DNA from: Candidatus Micrarchaeaceae archaeon
GTDB lineage: Archaea > Micrarchaeota > Micrarchaeia > Micrarchaeales > CABMGC01
Assembly (NCBI GenBank): GCA_038873795.1
Contig: JAVZDR010000006.1
Coordinates: forward strand, 1 to 21,298
Length of the DNA: 21,298 bases
Direction: 5' to 3'
In this document: piece after piece, positions 17,371 to 21,298 of the stretch
Position numbering within the stretch: the stretch's first letter is position 1
Layout of the letters: each line of letters begins with the position of its first letter
Translations under genes and position numbers: made by a program
Notes under the pieces: model-generated
What the model was told of the DNA's origin: nothing
The model's input: only the letters and a program-made list of their open reading frames with translations
Databases searched by the model: none

Positions 17371-17694
17371 CTATGCACCTAGGATGAGCCTCACAATCTC
17401 CTTTACTATCTTCTTCCTCTTTGCTTCGCTGAGCTTTAACCTGCCGAGCCTTTCTGCCACATCATCAGCCTCAGCAATCTTCCTGTTCTTCAGTTCAGCC
17501 ACAGACTTTTCAGCACTTTCAAGCACCTCATTCCTGATTGCTTTAGCCTTAGCTTCCGCCTCTGCAATTATTGCTGCAGCCTGCTCGTTGGCCTTTGCAA
17601 TCCTCTCCCTCTTTTCACTCTCGGCCTTTTCTATCAGTTCTTTTGCCCTCTTTTCTGCGCTCTGGACTTTGTTTATTGCGTCGGCGCCCTGCAT
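17371..17694 (-). CDS. atpH: A/V-type ATP synthase subunit H/G (peripheral stalk)
   Basis: 107-aa charged coiled coil (AE..A...I..A); first gene of the operon, abutting atpI. Confidence 0.85.
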   Translation of the reverse strand: MQGADAINKVQSAEKRAKELIEKAESEKRERIAKANEQAAAIIAEAEAKAKAIRNEVLESAEKSVAELKNRKIAEADDVAERLGRLKLSEAKRKKIVKEIVRLILGA

Positions 17695-17713
17695 CCAATC
17701 ACAATTAGCTACA

Positions 17714-17728
17714 TTATAAACTTATAAA
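17714..17728 (-). promoter_or_regulatory. Tandem TATA boxes (TTTATAA x2) upstream of the ATP synthase operon
   Basis: The minus strand reads GCTTTATAAGTTTATAATG, 20-35 nt upstream of the atpH ATG. Confidence 0.6.
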
Positions 17729-17854
17729 GCGCAACAATTTTAATAGTTAGCCACTTTTTCCAAAATTCCATTGTGCCAGCGGAAGGGAAAAGCAAAATGC
17801 ATAACCCAAATTGGCAAATATAGATTGTGATAACCTGGCATGCAGAACTATTTC

Positions 17855-17870
17855 AGAAAAAGATATAAAG
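17855..17870 (+). promoter_or_regulatory. BRE/TATA promoter of the RNase P RNA gene
   Basis: AGAAAAAGATATAAAG lies ~25 nt upstream of helix P1. Confidence 0.65.
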
Positions 17871-17891
17871 GGCAAGAGGCATAATATTTGC

Positions 17892-18123
17892 GTGGTGCGC
17901 GGGTGGCTTACCGTTTTTTAACGGAGGAAGCTCTCCCCATGCAGAGATTGCGAATGCCTAAGGCATAATTCGATACAGAAACGAACCGCTGCCGCACATT
18001 GCCATGACAATACGAGCGTGCGGGTGCGGATGAAACGCATCGATGCGCAATCGGTGAGCATGCAAGGCATATGCCGCTTAGTCGGATGCCACCTAAAACA
18101 GAAGGGAGGCTACGGCGCACCAC
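17892..18123 (+). ncRNA. rnpB: Archaeal RNase P RNA, compact type-M-like
   Basis: Hand-folded: P1 17892-17900/18115-18123; P2 GGTGGC/GCCACC; P3 hairpin; CR-I GAGGAAG; P4 AGC(T)CTCCC/GGGAGGCT; P5 CATGC/GCATG; P7 GATTGCG/CGCAATC; CR-II ACAGAAA; P12; CR-III TGAAA; P15 GGC-ATAT-GCC; CR-V AACAGAA. Confidence 0.95.
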
Positions 18124-18170
18124 ATAATGCTATTTGCTTCCAAATACTGCAAACACGCACGCCAAACCAT

Positions 18171-18190
18171 AAAAAAAGCTTTGCTGTTTT
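18171..18190. terminator. Probable oligo-T terminators between the convergent RNase P RNA and tRNA genes
   Basis: An A7 run (T7 on the minus strand, downstream of the tRNA) is followed by TTTT runs on the plus strand (downstream of rnpB). Confidence 0.45.
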
Positions 18191-18209
18191 GCTGATATAC
18201 CTCATGATT

Positions 18210-18330
18210 TGGCGGGGGCGAGATTTGGACACGCGACCTCTAGATTTCTTAGCAATCATAGCAAAATGCTCATCACTCATAATGCTTGGCATATGAGTCT
18301 AGCGCTCTAACCAGGCTAAGCTACCCCGCC
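18210..18330 (-). tRNA. tRNA with CAT anticodon, most likely elongator tRNA-Met, with a 46-nt intron at 37/38 (intron 18246-18291)
   Basis: GGCGGGG/CCCCGCC-A acceptor; D arm GCTT..GAGC; anticodon stem CTAGA/TCTAG with CT-CAT-A|A; T arm GCGTG-TCCAAAT-CTCGC. Not an initiator (no A1-U72, no GGG/CCC stem). Ile2 identity is not fully excluded. Confidence 0.9.
18254..18283 (-). ncRNA. Putative intron-encoded box C'/D' guide element (antisense ATTATGAGT + D' ATGA + K-turn)
   Basis: 9-nt perfect complement to the spliced anticodon loop, with D+5 falling on C34, followed by AUGA-GCA-UUU-UGC-UAU-GAUU K-turn geometry. Confidence 0.6.
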
Positions 18331-18370
18331 AACTATTATAGAATTATCGGAAATATTATTATTGCTTTCT

Positions 18371-18997
18371 ATGGTGCAAAGAGGCAATGCAGAGATGGTA
18401 AAGGCCCTTGTTGAGGAGGGCGATGCCGACGAAAAGGTTGCCAGGGCAATGCTGAAATTTGACAGGAAGGACTTCTTGCCAGAGAGCGAAAAGGAAAATG
18501 CGTATGTGGATGTGCCACTGCCAATAGGTGATGGCCAGACAACATCAGCACCAAGCATAATAGCATTTATGCTGAAGAGCCTTGAACTACGCAAAGGCAT
18601 GAAGGTGCTGGAGGTCGGCACAGGCACTGGTTATCAGACCGCATTGCTCTCAGATCTTGTGGGGAATAGCGGTTCTGTAATAAGCATGGAAATATCAAGG
18701 GTCATTTTCATGTTTGCATCGCAGAACATAAAAGCCCACAAGATAAGCAATGTCAAGCTCGTAAATGCCAATGCACTAGTAGCATACAAGCAGTATGCGC
18801 CATACAACAGGATAATATTCTCAGCGGCAATGAAAAGGCTTGATGAGGATGTGGCAATGGCGCTTGTAGATGGTGGCATAATGGTAGCACCAATCGGCGA
18901 TTTCTTCGGCCAATATCTGTACAAGATAACAAGATCTGGAAACAGCCTTGAAAAGGAGGCGTTGCTACCAGTGGCGTTCGTAAGCATACTGCCGTGA
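18371..18997 (+). CDS. pcm: Protein-L-isoaspartate O-methyltransferase
   Basis: R..F.P, AY.D.PLPIG.GQT.SAP, VLEVGTGTGY, APY.RI, GG.MV.P.G and V.FV motifs. The track uses TTG 18362; ATG 18371 is also plausible. Confidence 0.95.
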   Translation: MVQRGNAEMVKALVEEGDADEKVARAMLKFDRKDFLPESEKENAYVDVPLPIGDGQTTSAPSIIAFMLKSLELRKGMKVLEVGTGTGYQTALLSDLVGNSGSVISMEISRVIFMFASQNIKAHKISNVKLVNANALVAYKQYAPYNRIIFSAAMKRLDEDVAMALVDGGIMVAPIGDFFGQYLYKITRSGNSLEKEALLPVAFVSILP

Positions 18998-19062
18998 ATT
19001 TTTATTGGAGTAGCGCTGATTTTCTGTAATATATTTATATTTTTTCTACACATAACCAATAT

Positions 19063-20073
19063 ATGGTTCCTTTTGCTAGCTTTGTAGAATCAATCTTTAG
19101 TTTTACTGCTCTGCAGATCAACCTCTACAATCCCCAGAATGTTGGCTTCTACTCGGCAATTGTTATAGCGTTGCTTCTTGGCTTCATCCATGGCATAACC
19201 CCGGACGAGCATACGTGGCCCATCACTTTCTCCTATGCTGTGGGAAGCTACAGCACAAAAGGAGGGGCAAAAGCCGGCTTGATATTCTCTGCAGGCTTTA
19301 CAGTCCAGAGGACTGTGCTTTCAGAAATTGCATACTTTGCACTGGCCGGCATATTCATGACAGCTGCGGCATTCGGCATAACCTACATTGTTGTTGGCAT
19401 TGCGATGTTTGTTGCAGGTATGTACATAAAGAATAAGAAAATCTACCCGCATTGGCATTGGCTTGAGGGTAAACTTGCATGCCTCATTGGTATACACAAA
19501 GCTGGGAGCAGGTGTTACAAGCTTGAAGAGGCACACAAGCTCAACCCCATAGACTCGACAGACGCGACAAAGGAACTCAAGGCTGTGCCATTGAGGCTTG
19601 CTTTCCTGCATGGCGTGATAGCCGGCTTCGGCTTCGGCGCTTTTGCGCTAATAATCTATACCGTGCTCTCGCCAGCAATGCCAAACGCATGGGTCGGCTG
19701 GATTCCTGGCTTTATGTTCGGCATCGGCACAATGGCGATGCAGATATTGTTGGGAGCGGGCTTCGGCAAATGGCTCTCAAGGGTGAAGAGGCTCACGCAG
19801 AAGGGCATAGCCTTCGTAGCAAGGACCATAAGCTCTGACGTGCTCTTCTATGGTGGAGTTGCGTTCATCTTTGCTGGCATTCTGATACTTGTATATCCGC
19901 AGATCCTTAATTATGGGATCTCCACAGGCATAAAGATACACAACCTTGACAATTTGGGATTTGGCTTTTTCATAGTGATATTTGTTGTTGTTGTGATCGC
20001 TCTCTTATCGTACTTCAGGGCAATGCGAATTGCTAGCGAGTCAAAGGCATTGTGCTGTGCAACAGGCGCATAA
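19063..20073 (+). CDS. NicO/UreH/RcnA-like (LysE superfamily) membrane protein, possible Ni/Co or other metal transporter
   Basis: TM1 motif LLGFIHGITPDEH (cf. LG..HA..PDH), second-repeat LAFLHG, F.IGT..M, and a His/Cys-containing central loop. Confidence 0.65.
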   Translation: MVPFASFVESIFSFTALQINLYNPQNVGFYSAIVIALLLGFIHGITPDEHTWPITFSYAVGSYSTKGGAKAGLIFSAGFTVQRTVLSEIAYFALAGIFMTAAAFGITYIVVGIAMFVAGMYIKNKKIYPHWHWLEGKLACLIGIHKAGSRCYKLEEAHKLNPIDSTDATKELKAVPLRLAFLHGVIAGFGFGAFALIIYTVLSPAMPNAWVGWIPGFMFGIGTMAMQILLGAGFGKWLSRVKRLTQKGIAFVARTISSDVLFYGGVAFIFAGILILVYPQILNYGISTGIKIHNLDNLGFGFFIVIFVVVVIALLSYFRAMRIASESKALCCATGA

Positions 20074-20155
20074 AATCATATGCACAATATTTGCGCAATG
20101 GCGTAGCTAACATAAAAGGATTTAAAACTTGCAATTTATACAATATTGTGATTTA

Positions 20156-21178
20156 TTGAACTTTGGGGAATACGTCGAAAAATACAGGCAGCAGGTATAC
20201 AAGACAATATGCAATTATGTACCAATCAAAGACCCAGTTGAGCACTACTCTATAATGCGCGACTACATAGACAGGCAGGGCAAATACAGAAGGCCTGGGC
20301 TTGTGATGCTTACGGGCCAGCTCTTCGGCGCACCGATAGATAAGCTCATACTTCCGGCAGCGGCCCAGCAGCTCTCCGAGGACTGGATACTTATGCAGGA
20401 CGATATTGAAGATGATTCAGAGCTGAGGCGCGGGAAGCCCGCTGCCCAAAAACTTTATGGCTGGGTGCACGCCCTAAATGCATCAAATACAGGGCACATG
20501 GCTATGTGGCGAATACTCAAGGACTACATGCTCCAGGTTGGCCCTGAAATAGGCAACAGAATGTACGAGAAGTTTTATGACATGCTTACTTATACTGTTG
20601 AAGGCCAGCACATTGAAAACAACTTCATCCACTATACGAAAGATCTGAGCAAGGTCTCAGAGGATTTTTATTACAGAATTGCAGACAGCAAGACCTGCTA
20701 TTACACTGTCTATGGACCTATGCAGATAGGAGCCATAGCCGCAGGTAAAGACGACAGCACTCTGGCAATGCTAAAGGAGATAGGTAAGCCTGCGGGAGTG
20801 GCATTCCAGATTGTCGACGACATACTCGACATGACTGCCGACGAGGCAAAGTTCGGCAAGAAAAGATACGGTGATCTCTACGAGGGCAAGGTCACACTCA
20901 TAATACTGCATACATATGCAAGCGCAACCAAAGATGAGCAGGAAAGGATCAATGCCATATATGCAAAGAAGAGAAGCGAGAAGACAGCAGAGGAAATAAA
21001 TTTCCTGGTTGACATGATAAACAAGTATGGTGGCATAGAGTATGCAAAAGAGCAGGCAAACAGGTGGGGCAAAAAAGCTGAAGAGACATTAGAAAAATAC
21101 CGCGACAGCTTGCCGAATAATGAATACCTGCCTATAATGATCTCTGCTATAGAGGAGCTCTACATAAGGAATAAGTGA
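20156..21178 (+). CDS. idsA: trans-Polyprenyl diphosphate synthase (GGPP synthase-like)
   Basis: GK.RRP, FARM DDIED..LRRG.P, EGQ, KT, AFQI.DDILD (SARM) and GDL.EGK.T. The track starts at TTG 20129; TTG 20156 after GTGAT is more likely. Confidence 0.92.
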   Translation: MNFGEYVEKYRQQVYKTICNYVPIKDPVEHYSIMRDYIDRQGKYRRPGLVMLTGQLFGAPIDKLILPAAAQQLSEDWILMQDDIEDDSELRRGKPAAQKLYGWVHALNASNTGHMAMWRILKDYMLQVGPEIGNRMYEKFYDMLTYTVEGQHIENNFIHYTKDLSKVSEDFYYRIADSKTCYYTVYGPMQIGAIAAGKDDSTLAMLKEIGKPAGVAFQIVDDILDMTADEAKFGKKRYGDLYEGKVTLIILHTYASATKDEQERINAIYAKKRSEKTAEEINFLVDMINKYGGIEYAKEQANRWGKKAEETLEKYRDSLPNNEYLPIMISAIEELYIRNK

Positions 21179-21225
21179 CTGTGCGGCACTTTGCCGCTTG
21201 CAATATGGCCAATGCAATGCAAGGT

Positions 21226-21298
21226 TGCGATCGCCGGGATTTGAACCCGGGTCTTTGGCTTGGAAGGCCAGAGTCCTACCAGGCTAGACTACGATCGC
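21226..21298 (-). tRNA. tRNA-Gly(TCC), intronless, CCA not encoded
   Basis: GCGATCG/CGATCGC-A acceptor, GTCT..GGAC D arm, CT-TCC-AA loop and CCGGG-TTCAAAT-CCCGG T arm. Its 5' end coincides with the window end. Confidence 0.96.

Noticed and set aside
9352..17719. Many plus-strand ORFs (e.g. 10700..11314, 16814..17719) opposite the ATP synthase genes
   Set aside because: Antisense shadows of well-supported genes; Ser/Leu/Phe-rich translations with no recognisable motifs.
17908..18296. Short ORFs 17908..18123, 18018..18296 and 18110..18292
   Set aside because: They overlap the RNase P RNA and tRNA genes, which explain the sequence.
18210..18330. Initiator tRNA-Met call
   Set aside because: It lacks A1-U72 and the three consecutive G-C pairs in the anticodon stem.
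21226..21298. tRNA-Gly at the window edge as an integration (att) site
   Set aside because: No integrase and no duplicated tRNA 3' fragment in the window; the adjacent gene is housekeeping.
1..21298. CRISPR arrays, transposases, prophage or defence genes
   Set aside because: No spaced repeats or corresponding protein motifs were seen; nearly all of the sequence is explained by housekeeping and transport genes.

Overview
Gene-dense archaeal chromosomal segment: archaeal histone, A1Ao ATP synthase operon, BHB-type tRNA intron and TATA/BRE promoters. A small-genome lineage such as DPANN/Micrarchaeota is my impression, not a tested result. Left to right: a truncated CDS, a glycoprotein-like surface protein, a GNAT acetyltransferase, a three-gene ECF-type transporter, a split convergent NitT/TauT-type ABC system, a histone, a small membrane protein, atpH-I-K-E-C-F-A-B-D, a compact ~232-nt RNase P RNA, an intron-containing tRNA(CAT), pcm, a NicO/UreH-like membrane protein, a polyprenyl diphosphate synthase and tRNA-Gly(TCC). 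There are two standout observations. (1) The ECF double ATPase is fused to a purine-type phosphoribosyltransferase plus a second degenerate PRT domain, and is partnered by a MASE1-like putative S-component. This suggests an uptake-coupled nucleobase salvage machine, and the gene appears to start at a CTG codon. (2) The 46-nt tRNA(CAT) intron contains a K-turn/C'-D' motif preceded by a 9-nt antisense element. By the D+5 rule it would direct 2'-O-methylation of the wobble C34 of its own tRNA. No mobile element or CRISPR array was seen.
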